From Candidatus Borrarchaeum weybense (GTDB taxonomy: Archaea > Asgardarchaeota > Sifarchaeia > Borrarchaeales > Borrarchaeaceae), in contig JAHQJS010000007.1 in assembly GCA_019057385.1 (NCBI GenBank), positions 160,001-224,000 of the forward strand: a stretch of DNA of 64,000 nt. The letters run 5' to 3'. The notes beneath the pieces were generated by a model. That model was not told the DNA's origin and did no database searches. It saw nothing but the letters and a program-made list of their open reading frames with translations. Both the position numbers and the translations under genes were made by a program. This document shows, one piece after another, positions 39,326 through 49,911 of this stretch. Numbering within the stretch: position 1 is the first letter of the stretch; each line of letters begins with the position of its first letter.

Positions 39326-40108
39326 TTGGTGAACTTGGTGAATGTTCAATGGTGTCTGTTAGATGTAGAGTTCGATGATCCCTTCTTTAACATGGCAGTT
39401 GAAGAAGCAATACTAATTTATGTTGGAAAACAAGTTGTTCCAGGCACAATTCGATTTTGGAGAAATAAGAATGCAGTGTTTATCGGGCGATTCCAATGTG
39501 TTAGTCGCGAAGTTGATTTAGCATTATGCAAAAAAAATGATGTTAAAATTGTCCGAAGATTTACTGGCGGCGGTGCAGTATATCACGATTATGGGAATCT
39601 CAATTATTCGATTTTCTTGCATAAGACTCATCCTTTAATACAAGCTGAAATTCCAGATCTAATAGACTCACAGATATTTGGACATAGTATAATTCTTGGT
39701 TTGAAGAAACTCAATATCGAAGCTAATCTGCTTGCAGAAGGCGCAATTGGTGTAAAAGGCTTAAAAATATCAGGAACTGCTCGTACTCTTAGAAAAGGAG
39801 CTTTTCTGCATCATGGTTCACTACTGGTAAATTCAGATCTAGTTTTTTTACAAAAAGTATTACAAGGTAAACGGATTGATCCTGGTAAGAGATGTCTAGA
39901 CTCCAAAAGGTCTCCAGTAACCTCAATAGAACATGAACTGGGTAAGAAAATGAATATTAAAAAAGTAAAAGAAGCGTTGAAAACTTCATTTGAAGAAGTT
40001 TTCAACATGAAATTAAATCCAAGTCAATTGACAAAAGATGAACTACGTCTTGCTAAGCGCTTATATGATGAGAAATATGCTTCGAATGATTGGACTTTTC
40101 AGCGCTAA
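39326..40108 (+). CDS. lplA: Lipoate-protein ligase (LplA/LipM family)
   Basis: NMAVEEA, RRFTGGGAVYHD, KISG and HHGSLL motifs. Confidence 0.92.
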   Translation: MVNLVNVQWCLLDVEFDDPFFNMAVEEAILIYVGKQVVPGTIRFWRNKNAVFIGRFQCVSREVDLALCKKNDVKIVRRFTGGGAVYHDYGNLNYSIFLHKTHPLIQAEIPDLIDSQIFGHSIILGLKKLNIEANLLAEGAIGVKGLKISGTARTLRKGAFLHHGSLLVNSDLVFLQKVLQGKRIDPGKRCLDSKRSPVTSIEHELGKKMNIKKVKEALKTSFEEVFNMKLNPSQLTKDELRLAKRLYDEKYASNDWTFQR

Positions 40109-40183
40109 TGCGAAACCTTTTAAATGCAATATCGTTCACTCATAACGTTATCTTTTAAACTTTGAAGAAACAGAGGTTTCAAT

Positions 40184-41077
40184 ATGAAAGTAAAGCCAGT
40201 TTGCGCTATTTGTCTGCTTGAAAGAGGTTTTAAACAAGCAAAAATGGCAACCGATGACGAAGAGTTGCAAAGAAAAGCAGTAAAGCGATTACTAGAATTT
40301 CTAGCGAAAAACTTTGACTCTAATCACACTCCTCCACAAATTGGCTATTTACGAGATAAAATCGTACTTGAAGCCATTGGTATGGATGATGAAGACATAT
40401 ATTCAAAATTAAAAAAATATTCAAATGAAATTGCATTAGAAATCCTACCAGACGTTCGCAATTGGATTGAAGAAGCTGCTGATTCACAGAAAGAACGCTT
40501 TAGAAGAGCATGTATTATATCAATAGTAGGCAATATTATGGAATTTGATATAAGTGGACACAGTTTTGATTTAAAGGATCTTCCAAAGGTTATCAATGAT
40601 GCAGAAACTGAATTAGTTATTGATGATATCGACAAAGTTTTCCAGATTATCCAAGAAAAGAAAAATATCCTGTTTCTTCCAGATAATGCAGGAGAAATTG
40701 CCTTTGATACTCTTCTGGTAGAGGAGTTCAAAAGGAATGGGTGCCATGTTACGGTTGCAGTGAAAGAGAAGCCTATAATGAACGATGCGACAATGGACGA
40801 CGCTTTGGAAGTTGGAATGGATAACGTGGCTGATAAACTTATGACCACTGGAACAGATCCTGTAACCGCTGGATTAAATATTAATGAAGCTTCGAAAGAG
40901 TTTTTAGAAGAATATAAAAAATCAGAGATAATTATCGCAAAGGGCATGGGACATTTTGAAACATTGACAGAATTTGAGCTTCCTATCCCGTTAGTACATC
41001 TATTAAGAACGAAATGTGAACCGATTGCAAACTCTCTCGGTGTAGCTCGTCACCGTAATGTAGCTAAAATCGCGTAA
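40184..41077 (+). CDS. DUF89 / ARMT1-like damage-control phosphatase
   Basis: CxxC start, GNIMEF, DNAGEI.FD, PIMNDAT, KGMGHFE and KC motifs. Confidence 0.92.
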   Translation: MKVKPVCAICLLERGFKQAKMATDDEELQRKAVKRLLEFLAKNFDSNHTPPQIGYLRDKIVLEAIGMDDEDIYSKLKKYSNEIALEILPDVRNWIEEAADSQKERFRRACIISIVGNIMEFDISGHSFDLKDLPKVINDAETELVIDDIDKVFQIIQEKKNILFLPDNAGEIAFDTLLVEEFKRNGCHVTVAVKEKPIMNDATMDDALEVGMDNVADKLMTTGTDPVTAGLNINEASKEFLEEYKKSEIIIAKGMGHFETLTEFELPIPLVHLLRTKCEPIANSLGVARHRNVAKIA

Positions 41078-41081
41078 TATT

Positions 41082-42203
41082 CTAGGGAATTATGGCAATT
41101 TTTATGTTTTCGCCCTTTTGTAGCAACTCTAGCGCATCACTTACCTGATTTAATGGCATTTCTTTTGTGATAAGTGGTTTAACTTTTACTATACCCGATG
41201 AAATTAGATCTAATGCTCTCTTAACGCAGGCTGGCGTATGATGGAATATGCCTTTTATTGTTAAGTCTTCATAATGTATACGGTGAGTATCTACAGAGAT
41301 TTTTGTTCCTGGGGCTGCCCCTCCAAATAATATGGTGGTTCCTGCCTTCCCTGTCATTGCAATTGCATTTTCCCATGTTTGGGGTAAACCGACACATTCT
41401 ATGACGATGTCTGCTCCTCGTCCATCGGTTATTTTCTTGACTTTTCCCACAGGGTCTGTTTTTGCGTTAATTACATGATGGGCGCCGACCTCTAAGGCTT
41501 TTTGAAGCCTATATTCTATTAAATCAATTGCAATAACATTTTTGGCTCCTCTTGCACGTGCTAGCTGTATATGAAGCAACCCAATAGGTCCCGCTCCAAT
41601 AACCACAACGTTATCCGTTAAATTAATGTCTGCGATTTCATTACCGTTAACAACGCATGCAAGTGGTTCTGTGAATGCTGCTTCTTGAAATGAAACATGA
41701 TCTGGTATTTCATACATATTTTGACGTGCAATTCTTTCTGGGATGCGGATATATTCCGCATATGCTCCATCTACACTAAATCCAATTAAAGTCTCATCTA
41801 ATTCTTCACAAAGATTTTGTTTTCCTTTTTTGCAAGAATAGCATTCATTACAGGGAGCTGAATTGGCTGCAACTACACGCATACCTCTTTTAAAATTTCT
41901 GACATTTTTGCCAACTACCTCAATAATACCAGAGAATTCATGGCCAAAGGTCAATGGGGGTTTAACTTTTGGATGACCTCTTTTGTATACTTTAAGGTCT
42001 GTGCCACAAGTCAAGATAGCTTTTGTTTTAACTATAACATCACCTTCATGTTCTAGTACTGGAATATCAACATCTTCTAACTTTATTACGCCTGGTTCAT
42101 AGAACCTTATTGCTTTCATTGTTTTTTCCACAGCCTTCAAGCCTCCATGAAATGCTAGAGCGCTTTTTGTTGAGAAAATTCTTTGCAATTCTTTTAAAAG
42201 CAA
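41082..42203 (-). CDS. Zn-dependent medium-chain dehydrogenase (sorbitol/threonine DH-like); start likely near 42119
   Basis: CGTD, GHEFSG, CxxCxxCx7C structural Zn site and GAGPIG motifs. Confidence 0.93.
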   Translation of the reverse strand: MLLKELQRIFSTKSALAFHGGLKAVEKTMKAIRFYEPGVIKLEDVDIPVLEHEGDVIVKTKAILTCGTDLKVYKRGHPKVKPPLTFGHEFSGIIEVVGKNVRNFKRGMRVVAANSAPCNECYSCKKGKQNLCEELDETLIGFSVDGAYAEYIRIPERIARQNMYEIPDHVSFQEAAFTEPLACVVNGNEIADINLTDNVVVIGAGPIGLLHIQLARARGAKNVIAIDLIEYRLQKALEVGAHHVINAKTDPVGKVKKITDGRGADIVIECVGLPQTWENAIAMTGKAGTTILFGGAAPGTKISVDTHRIHYEDLTIKGIFHHTPACVKRALDLISSGIVKVKPLITKEMPLNQVSDALELLQKGENIKIAIIP

Positions 42204-42518
42204 ATTTTATTGCTGTAAATCTATTATCTAATCAGATAATGTTGTACTAGGACGTATTATGAATATATTTAAAAAACATATGCCTTCGACAACTGTTTTT
42301 TAATCTTTAATAAAATCTACATAATTTAATTTTACAAAAATCCGTGAAGCGATTTTTTCTATTAAGAAAATTTTATGCAATTTAAAATGATTTTTTCAGC
42401 GTTAAATTGTGACAAAACGTATAATGTTTATTTTGAATGTGACAAAACATATTGAGGGGGTTATAAAAGTAATTGAATTTTTTCTTTGGTCAAATACATA
42501 TAATTTGTCGAGGGGATC

Positions 42519-42788
42519 TTGAGTGGAGGGAAAAATGTGGTTTTTATTCATAAAAAATGTGGTCAAAGCCCCGATCTCATTAAAATTGTTGAAAAACAAA
42601 TTATTAACACTCTCAAAAAACAGCCAAACGGACACTATCGACTTGAAATAGTCTTCAATGAAATATCGGGTCACGAATACATTTGTGACAAATGTAACAC
42701 TACCTTAGATGACGAAGAAATCGTAGAAATACTTAAAGAGATTTATATTCCAGAAGAGCACGAAAATAGCTATACAACAACTACCTAA
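42519..42788 (+). CDS. Small putative Zn-binding protein
   Basis: HKKC...CDKC ligand pairs; GAGGGG RBS. Confidence 0.6.
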   Translation: MSGGKNVVFIHKKCGQSPDLIKIVEKQIINTLKKQPNGHYRLEIVFNEISGHEYICDKCNTTLDDEEIVEILKEIYIPEEHENSYTTTT

Positions 42789-42990
42789 TTGACCTTTTTT
42801 TCTTTTTTACAATAGAAAATCAATGCTAAAAAGAATTGAGCTGTATCCAAAATGATTTTTTTCTTATAAAGAGTAACTACGTCAGTAGTAACGTTTATAA
42901 ATGGATTCACCCCCCCATCGCTTATTACTGCCTATTTATAATCATTTTTGCATCAATAAAAATTATATACCTCAGATGAGGGTATTGTAA

Positions 42991-45900
42991 GTGATCTTTG
43001 ACCGGCTAGGAAAAAAAATTGTACGTTTTAATAAGTTCCTGATCATTACTTGGATCGTAATTGCTATAATCTTAGCTAGTCGCGCAGCTCAAGTTAATGA
43101 TATGTTAACATCAGATTTCTCTGATTTTGTACCTCAAGACATGGAGTCAAGAAGGGCTAGTGATATTTTAAAAGAAGAATTCCCAGACCTACCTGTAACT
43201 TCTCTTATAGTTGTAATTCAGACAAATCCAAGTCATAGTGGGACATCAACGACGCAAGCTGCAGAAAATAATGATATTTTTGATCCCACAATTCAAGATT
43301 TTATTGAAACGCTGGATGATGAAGTTGAAAAATATCCGCATGTCATAAATGTAGACAATTATTATGTTATGAACGAATCTCTCCATCAATCTTATTATGA
43401 AGGAACTTATAAAGGCTTACTTGAAGCTATAACAGAAGCTCATGAAGATTTTAACAAAACACAATCTTTTTACGATATGTCTGACAAGGAACGTGATGAA
43501 TATCTTACTGGACTTGCTCAATTCTTTGCCAGTGATTTCAATATGGACTCAGATGAATTAGAAGACTTTGTGTATGATATTTATGAACTAAAATTCAAAT
43601 TTGATCAAGTTGATGGTGAAGAGTTCTTAGCTCTTGCCAAAAACTATACCCACGAATGGGATCTTAGAGCTTCCCATTTTGAAGCCAATTTTTCTTACTA
43701 TTATACATTCTTAAACACCAATTTTACTCCTTCTCCTTCAATTTTTGATTTTACAACTTATCCACTCCTAACAAATGAAACAAGTGCATATGGAGACTTT
43801 TACACCTGGACAATGCCGAATCTGCTTGGGGCAACCCAAGAAACGATTAATAGAAGCCCAGTATTAATGATGAATGAAGCAGATTTCGTCTTTATAGTGT
43901 ATACTTATTTTGCCATTTATCATTGCTTAGATCTACAATTTGATATGTTCAACCCTGCAAAGTATACTCAAGACCCTGATGATCCTACAACAAATGCTAC
44001 ACTGGTGGATATTGCTAGTGTAATACCAAAGGAGTTAGACCCTGAATCAGTAGCTTATAATACTGTAAAAAGTGTTTTTGGACTTGGTGTTCTAGCAAAT
44101 AATGATCCAAGATATAGTCCGCCAGGTGGAACTGTGGGTCTTAGAATGGCATTAGCAGATATTTTTGCAGGGGAAGTAAAACGGGAACTTAGAGACCAGA
44201 TTAAATTCTATTATGAATTTTTTGATACTGAAATGAATTATTTCGATTTGTCATCTGATTTCGTTAGTATGCTTTTTGAAGCTTTGGGAGGCGATTTAGA
44301 TGACTTCGAACTCGATCTTATGATGGATATCTACGACTTAGGTCCGAATCCCTCAGATGATGATATAGCAAAGTTAGCTAACGAAAAAACTGAAGAGTTC
44401 ATCGAGGACAATCAGCTGAGCGAAAGTTCAATAAAAGAAGTTCTTGAACGATTCGTGAGCGATGATAATGACACTATGATTGTCTTCATAAATTTAGACA
44501 CTAGTTCCAGCGCTGAAGAAACAAAGCACATACTTGAGCAATTAGATGAAGATATCCCTCAAATAAAAGCAGAAGTGATGCCTCAGCAAACTAATGAAAC
44601 GACTTTAAATGCTGAGACAATTGATTTTGAAGTATATGTTACTGGAGAGGCTGCCTTCAACCTGGAAGGTGGTGAAACAGCAGAATCAGACATGGCACTA
44701 ACTGATATGGTTTCGATAATCCTTATTTTAATAATTTTAATGCTGATATTTCGATCTCCAGCAGCTGCTGTGCTTCCTTTAATAGCAATGGGCATTTCAA
44801 TTGTTATTGTGCGAGGCGTATTTTATTCTCTTGGTTTCATGGGCATCCAGATTCATACAATGGCAAATATGTTTACGACACCAGTTTTGCTTGGCGCTGG
44901 AAGTGATTATTGCATTTTCATCATTTCTCGGTTCTTTGAAGAGTTAAGAGGTGGCAAAGATAAGAGACAAGCAATTAGAAAAACAATGGAAACTGCAGGA
45001 AAAACTGTTGCCTCAAGTGGTGGAACCGTTATGATTGGTTTTGCCAGCATGCTTCCAACGAAATTTGGCTTAATGCGCATAATTGGTATGTCTGTACTTC
45101 TAGGAATAGGGGTCGCACTCATATCTGCCCTCACTCTTATACCATCAATACTATTATTATTAGGAGATCGAATATTCTGGCCTCGTCGCAAGACCACGGT
45201 ACAATCAAAGAATTCATCTTCAACAAACAAAAATGGTGGCCTCATAAAAAAAGTTTCGAATGTTGTTGTCAAAAAGCCAAAACTTACTTTAGTACTAATT
45301 TTGGCGGTGTCAATTCCACTTATTTCTCAGATTGCATTTCTTCACCTGTCTTATGATTCTATCGCAATTATGCCTCCTACCGAATCGAAGCAAGGCTACG
45401 ATATTTTAGCAGAAGAATTAGGAGAAGGTGAAATCTCTCCAATGGATGTGGTAATTCACTTCACAAACGAAAATGCAACAATCTGGAACACCACGATTTT
45501 AGAAGAAGTGGGGGTTATGTCAGACTACTTGGAAGCACTCAATGGTACCGATAAAGTAATGTCAATTAAAAAACCATTTGGTACAGAGGAAATCAAGTAT
45601 CTTAAATTCGAGAAAAACGAGACTGCACGTGCACTTATGGAAATGTACGTAAGTGAAGATAATGATACAACCTACATATCAGTCCTTTTAGAGAGAGAAC
45701 CCTATTCAGATGAAGCTATGAATCTGGCAAGGGAAATTAAAACATATTTAATTTCTTATCAGGCGAATAGCACAGTACTAGGCGAAGATCAATGTGAAAT
45801 TCTTCTAGGAGGTGCTAGCCAAGGTAATGTCGAAATGGATAAATTGCTTTGGAATGACTTTTACGGCGTCATGTTGCCCATCACTTTCGCTGGAATATTC

Positions 45901-46422
45901 ATCGTACTTCTAATTCTACTATTATCGATTCCAACTCCGCTTCGGTTAATTGGGACAATATTATTATCAGTATTACAGATTCTAGGACTCACAACTCTTG
46001 TATTTCAAACCGTATTGGGAATTCCTATTGAATTTACTCTTCCAATCATAGTATTTGTTTGTCTAATGGGATTGGGAATGGATTATGATATATTCTTAGT
46101 TTCTCGAATGCGAGAAATTAGATTTGAGCCAGGAAAAGAAACAGATGATGCAACTGCTATACAACAGGCGTTGGAAAAAACTGGTGCGATTATTACCTCT
46201 TGTGGTTGTATAATGGCAGCCGCATTTGGTTCTATGATGCTCTCTTCAACCATTACAATGAAGATGTACGGATTTGCCTTAGCAACTGCAATTATACTAG
46301 ATGCAACAGTGGTACGGTTATTCCTTGTTCCTTCAGTTATGCTTCTGGCAGGTAAATGGAATTGGTGGCCTCCTAAGCTAGCAGAGGTTATTGGATCTAG
46401 ACTCGGAAAGATTGAACATTAG
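42991..46422 (+). CDS. MMPL/RND family transporter with a large extracellular insertion
   Basis: GAGSDYCIFIISRFFEE, SGGTV, GLGMDYDIFLVSRMRE, DATVVRLFLVP and WNWWP motifs. Confidence 0.93.
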   Translation: MIFDRLGKKIVRFNKFLIITWIVIAIILASRAAQVNDMLTSDFSDFVPQDMESRRASDILKEEFPDLPVTSLIVVIQTNPSHSGTSTTQAAENNDIFDPTIQDFIETLDDEVEKYPHVINVDNYYVMNESLHQSYYEGTYKGLLEAITEAHEDFNKTQSFYDMSDKERDEYLTGLAQFFASDFNMDSDELEDFVYDIYELKFKFDQVDGEEFLALAKNYTHEWDLRASHFEANFSYYYTFLNTNFTPSPSIFDFTTYPLLTNETSAYGDFYTWTMPNLLGATQETINRSPVLMMNEADFVFIVYTYFAIYHCLDLQFDMFNPAKYTQDPDDPTTNATLVDIASVIPKELDPESVAYNTVKSVFGLGVLANNDPRYSPPGGTVGLRMALADIFAGEVKRELRDQIKFYYEFFDTEMNYFDLSSDFVSMLFEALGGDLDDFELDLMMDIYDLGPNPSDDDIAKLANEKTEEFIEDNQLSESSIKEVLERFVSDDNDTMIVFINLDTSSSAEETKHILEQLDEDIPQIKAEVMPQQTNETTLNAETIDFEVYVTGEAAFNLEGGETAESDMALTDMVSIILILIILMLIFRSPAAAVLPLIAMGISIVIVRGVFYSLGFMGIQIHTMANMFTTPVLLGAGSDYCIFIISRFFEELRGGKDKRQAIRKTMETAGKTVASSGGTVMIGFASMLPTKFGLMRIIGMSVLLGIGVALISALTLIPSILLLLGDRIFWPRRKTTVQSKNSSSTNKNGGLIKKVSNVVVKKPKLTLVLILAVSIPLISQIAFLHLSYDSIAIMPPTESKQGYDILAEELGEGEISPMDVVIHFTNENATIWNTTILEEVGVMSDYLEALNGTDKVMSIKKPFGTEEIKYLKFEKNETARALMEMYVSEDNDTTYISVLLEREPYSDEAMNLAREIKTYLISYQANSTVLGEDQCEILLGGASQGNVEMDKLLWNDFYGVMLPITFAGIFIVLLILLLSIPTPLRLIGTILLSVLQILGLTTLVFQTVLGIPIEFTLPIIVFVCLMGLGMDYDIFLVSRMREIRFEPGKETDDATAIQQALEKTGAIITSCGCIMAAAFGSMMLSSTITMKMYGFALATAIILDATVVRLFLVPSVMLLAGKWNWWPPKLAEVIGSRLGKIEH

Positions 46423-46450
46423 ATATTCCTAAAAGGGTGTTAATTTCACA

Positions 46451-47578
46451 ATGGATTCCACAAAAAGTAGAAGATCACAATTTAGGCCGATGTACTTTTT
46501 AGCACTCTTTTTGCTAATTTGTTTGCTTATGGGAGGATTACATGCTCCTAACTCATTGACAGTGATAGCAGAGCAAGATGATAAACCCCTCTCAACTGAG
46601 GATGACTTTGCAGGAATAAAAGTATTAATTGACCAAGTAAAGTCAGAAAACCGTTCATTACACAGTATGGTCGGTTATTTAGAGGCCGAGGGAGCATCAG
46701 TTGATATACTTGAGGATAAGGTGTTTAATATTAAAAATATTCAAGAATATGACATTTTGATTCTAATTGAGCCGTTATATGATCCTAGCGCAGAAAAGGT
46801 GATAGAAAAATACGTAAAAAACGGCGGAAGCGTGTTGTTTTCAGGTGACAATAGATGGGAAGATTACACGAAATATGTAGACTTTGCAAATATCTCATAT
46901 CAAAAAACAAATCCTAGCGAGGGTTATACGAAAGAAATAAATGGGCATCCAGCAACTCTAAATGTTCAAGAAATATATTGTGCAGAGCCTCAATCAAGTT
47001 TGATAGTTGGAACTAACGCAAGTACGATTGTAATGAAAGACGGGTATGTTGAGGCCGCAGCAGCATGGATAGAAAACGGGAAATTCATGGTTGTTGCCGA
47101 TGAACATATTTTGCTTGATGATTATTACAAGAGTGGTGACAACCACTTATTTATGCATAGCATCCTTAAATGGCTCAGAAATATTGGTTTTTCAATTGAC
47201 GTCACAACAACTATCAAAAAAGGTGAACAAATAACAGTTCAAGCCGAATTCGTGAATTATAGAACCAACGAAATTAGTATTAAAGCAATAACTGAAAGCA
47301 AAAATTTCGAAGAAATAAATAATCACTTTGTTTTGCAACCAGGTAAAAACGAAATAGAATTTCAATTGAGTGAAAATATCATTGAACTCTTTTTCCTTGG
47401 AGAAAAAGAATTGACACTAAAATTTGAATACAATGGCAGGACACTTTTTTCTGAGGACTCAATTATTGATGTGCAATATTCATCAATTTATATCGGTATA
47501 GTTGCTGCTCCTTTGGTCTTTATAGGATTAATCTTACTAATTTTCAAAACTAATTCTAAAAGATCACCTAATTCTTAG
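46451..47578 (+). CDS. Membrane-anchored protein with a GATase-like (DUF4350/GldG/IFT52-like) domain
   Basis: Signal peptide; YDILILIEP...YVKNGGSVLF...HP...GKFMVVAD...DN..F..ILKWL; C-terminal TM. Confidence 0.65.
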   Translation: MDSTKSRRSQFRPMYFLALFLLICLLMGGLHAPNSLTVIAEQDDKPLSTEDDFAGIKVLIDQVKSENRSLHSMVGYLEAEGASVDILEDKVFNIKNIQEYDILILIEPLYDPSAEKVIEKYVKNGGSVLFSGDNRWEDYTKYVDFANISYQKTNPSEGYTKEINGHPATLNVQEIYCAEPQSSLIVGTNASTIVMKDGYVEAAAAWIENGKFMVVADEHILLDDYYKSGDNHLFMHSILKWLRNIGFSIDVTTTIKKGEQITVQAEFVNYRTNEISIKAITESKNFEEINNHFVLQPGKNEIEFQLSENIIELFFLGEKELTLKFEYNGRTLFSEDSIIDVQYSSIYIGIVAAPLVFIGLILLIFKTNSKRSPNS

Positions 47579-47675
47579 TTTTTCAAGATTGATACACTAT
47601 TCTATCAGCAGCAACACAGATAATTAAAAAGAAAAAATGTTTGATAGAATCTTGTGCTATTCAAATTTTGTAGAA

Positions 47676-49091
47676 TTAATTGTGTTCTTGGATGATGACG
47701 GCGTAGTCCATGTGTTCGTCACCGGCAAACCGTGCTTTGTAGTGGCAGGAGGGGCAGACAATTGTCCGGTCCTCGTAGCACACATCGGTGACCTGTTGGC
47801 AGATGGGGCATTCTTTCAGTTGCTGTTTGCTGAGCTTCCGATAGGCGGGGAATGTGTAGTTACCGTGTTCACAGACTGCTTGGAAGAAAGTATCGACCTT
47901 TTCGGGGTCGGTATCGTTGGTCAGTGCCGCTGGCGAGATCATAACTGGTAGGTTTGCCTGCACGCTGGCTTCTGCGATTTCTTTAACCTTTTGGTAGATC
48001 TCTTCTTTGCTGGCATCCCGCATGAAGTAAGGTAGGATGGTAGCGGTGTAGGGTTGGTTGTATTCCTTGCATAGCCGGATCATGGCCTGGTGATCGCACT
48101 CTAGATCACCGTTGGCGTTGATGGGGAAGGTTATGGCAGCGGGTAGTGAGATGGTAGGCAGGTACTGTTTATCATTGACGGCGTAATCGAACAGAATCCT
48201 CCAGCGCTCCACGCTGTCGGGGTAATAGGTGATACCCAATGGATGGTAGCGTTTCACGCTTTTATACATCTCATAGATATGGGGGTAGACGTAGGTCAGG
48301 AACTCATCGACATCCAGGCTGGGTGGACTGGCGTAGAGTTCCCAGAAGACGCAGCCGGTGGGATCGATGCCGTATTCCTTATAACGCTGGAGGGTGGCAA
48401 ATACTAATTCGGAGTAGGTTTTCATTTCGTCAACGAAGAAGGTGGGGTAGGTGCCTAAATTCTGGCAGTAATCCTCGATCTGGCGTTTTTCCCGTTCGCT
48501 CTCGGCCTGTGTGTACCGCTGGTAGCATTTAAGGTCTTCCAGCAGCAACTCGGTGGACCGTAGAAAGCAGCCCAGTGTGAAGGTAGAGGTCAGAAAGGGG
48601 CTCACCAAGATGGCTGGCAGTTCCTCTTGGACCTTGCAGAACACCTGGAGTGAGGTTTCGAAATAACCTTCGATTTCTGGGGGATGGATGGTATCCATGT
48701 CGTCGGCGATTTTGATGATGTTGTCGGTGTTGGTGGGGTAGTTCCATTCCGTGAACTGGAAGGGTACTCCCATTTCGTAGAGACCGGAACCTAGCAAAGG
48801 TCCCCCCCAGTAGAGCATGGTAAGGCTGTCGGCGGGGTAGCGTTGGTAGAGTTTTTTGGTGAGCTCAACGTTTTTATCGACGTTATGAAGGAGGTCAATC
48901 CAACTGAGCGAGGGGTCGATGAATTGCGGGTGGATATTGGCGACTGCCAGGATGGTAGCTACCCGATCAGGCAGTTTATTTAAGTTAAACAGCAAGATGC
49001 GCTCCAACGGGGTGAGTTTTACCCCGAAGCCGCGTAATTTATTCTTGACGGATGCTTTAATGACCAATTTTAACAGTTTTAACAAACCCAT
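47676..49091 (-). CDS. Uroporphyrinogen-decarboxylase-fold (MtaA/MT2-like) methyltransferase homolog with C-terminal Zn ribbon
   Basis: FTLGCFLRSTELLLEDL, F..YVYP, ..EEIY.KVKEI and TDPEKV.TFF.AV.EHG patterns; CPIC...CPSC tail; GGTGA RBS. Confidence 0.7.
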   Translation of the reverse strand: MGLLKLLKLVIKASVKNKLRGFGVKLTPLERILLFNLNKLPDRVATILAVANIHPQFIDPSLSWIDLLHNVDKNVELTKKLYQRYPADSLTMLYWGGPLLGSGLYEMGVPFQFTEWNYPTNTDNIIKIADDMDTIHPPEIEGYFETSLQVFCKVQEELPAILVSPFLTSTFTLGCFLRSTELLLEDLKCYQRYTQAESEREKRQIEDYCQNLGTYPTFFVDEMKTYSELVFATLQRYKEYGIDPTGCVFWELYASPPSLDVDEFLTYVYPHIYEMYKSVKRYHPLGITYYPDSVERWRILFDYAVNDKQYLPTISLPAAITFPINANGDLECDHQAMIRLCKEYNQPYTATILPYFMRDASKEEIYQKVKEIAEASVQANLPVMISPAALTNDTDPEKVDTFFQAVCEHGNYTFPAYRKLSKQQLKECPICQQVTDVCYEDRTIVCPSCHYKARFAGDEHMDYAVIIQEHN

Positions 49092-49131
49092 TTGATTTCA
49101 CCTTAATTTAATTCTTAAAATAGCCAGTTGC

Positions 49132-49911
49132 TTACTCAACACTTGTTAATTCCCAGTTATAGTGCCCTTCTTTTAACTGGGTCACAACTTGGACGGCTTC
49201 TTCAGCGTTATTACCATAACCGTCGGCGCCGATTTCTTTAGCGAACTTGCGGGTGACAGAGGGTCCACCAACTATGATCTTGAATTGATACTGGACTCGT
49301 AGTGGATCAAGGGCTTGAATGGTTTGCTTGAGAGAGAAGTTGGCAGTAGTATCCAACCAGGCACTGAGCCCTACAAATACAGGATGGTGCTGTTTGATGG
49401 CTTCTATAAAGCGATTGGGAGAGATGTCTACTCCCAGATTAATCACATCATAGCCAGCACCTTCCAAAAACAGTTCGACGATTTTAGGACCGATGCTATG
49501 CACATCACCCTCTACGGTGCCCATGACGATTTTTTCCCGGTCCGTGTCGAGTCCTTGTGATTTTATCAGCGGCTCGATAGCGTTCTTGATGAGTTCCACA
49601 CAGCGTGCAGCCATCCATAGGTCGGCAATAAACAGTTCTCGGATGGAAAACTGGTGTCCGACGGTGTTCATGGCGTCGCTGACAATCTCAAGGATTCGTA
49701 ATGGGTCGATATCCGCCTCCAATAATTGAGCCAGGAGATCTTTGATTAAATGGGACTCTCCTTTGATAACCATGTCTCTTAACTGTTCATATAATGAAAT
49801 GAGTTCGAAAGTGTCACCAGTAAATTTAGTATGGTAGTCGATTGGTTCCTCTCTGAGTGTATTGTTCAAGGGCTTATAATTTTCTTGAATGGTAGAAATG
49901 GGTTTCCTCAA
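49132..49911 (-). CDS. Corrinoid (cobalamin-binding) protein, MtaC/MtbC-like
   Basis: Helical cap (DAM..VG..F...ELF), GTVEGDVHSIG (DxHxxG), NLGVD, GLSA and VGG...IGADGY motifs. Confidence 0.93.
   Translation of the reverse strand: MRKPISTIQENYKPLNNTLREEPIDYHTKFTGDTFELISLYEQLRDMVIKGESHLIKDLLAQLLEADIDPLRILEIVSDAMNTVGHQFSIRELFIADLWMAARCVELIKNAIEPLIKSQGLDTDREKIVMGTVEGDVHSIGPKIVELFLEGAGYDVINLGVDISPNRFIEAIKQHHPVFVGLSAWLDTTANFSLKQTIQALDPLRVQYQFKIIVGGPSVTRKFAKEIGADGYGNNAEEAVQVVTQLKEGHYNWELTSVE

Noticed and set aside
40345-40947. 200-aa antisense ORF, and similar shadow ORFs (e.g. 21623-22072, 44907-45272, 19251-19610, 1758-2135)
   Set aside because: They lie opposite well-supported genes and have Ser/Ile/Phe-rich antisense composition with no motifs.
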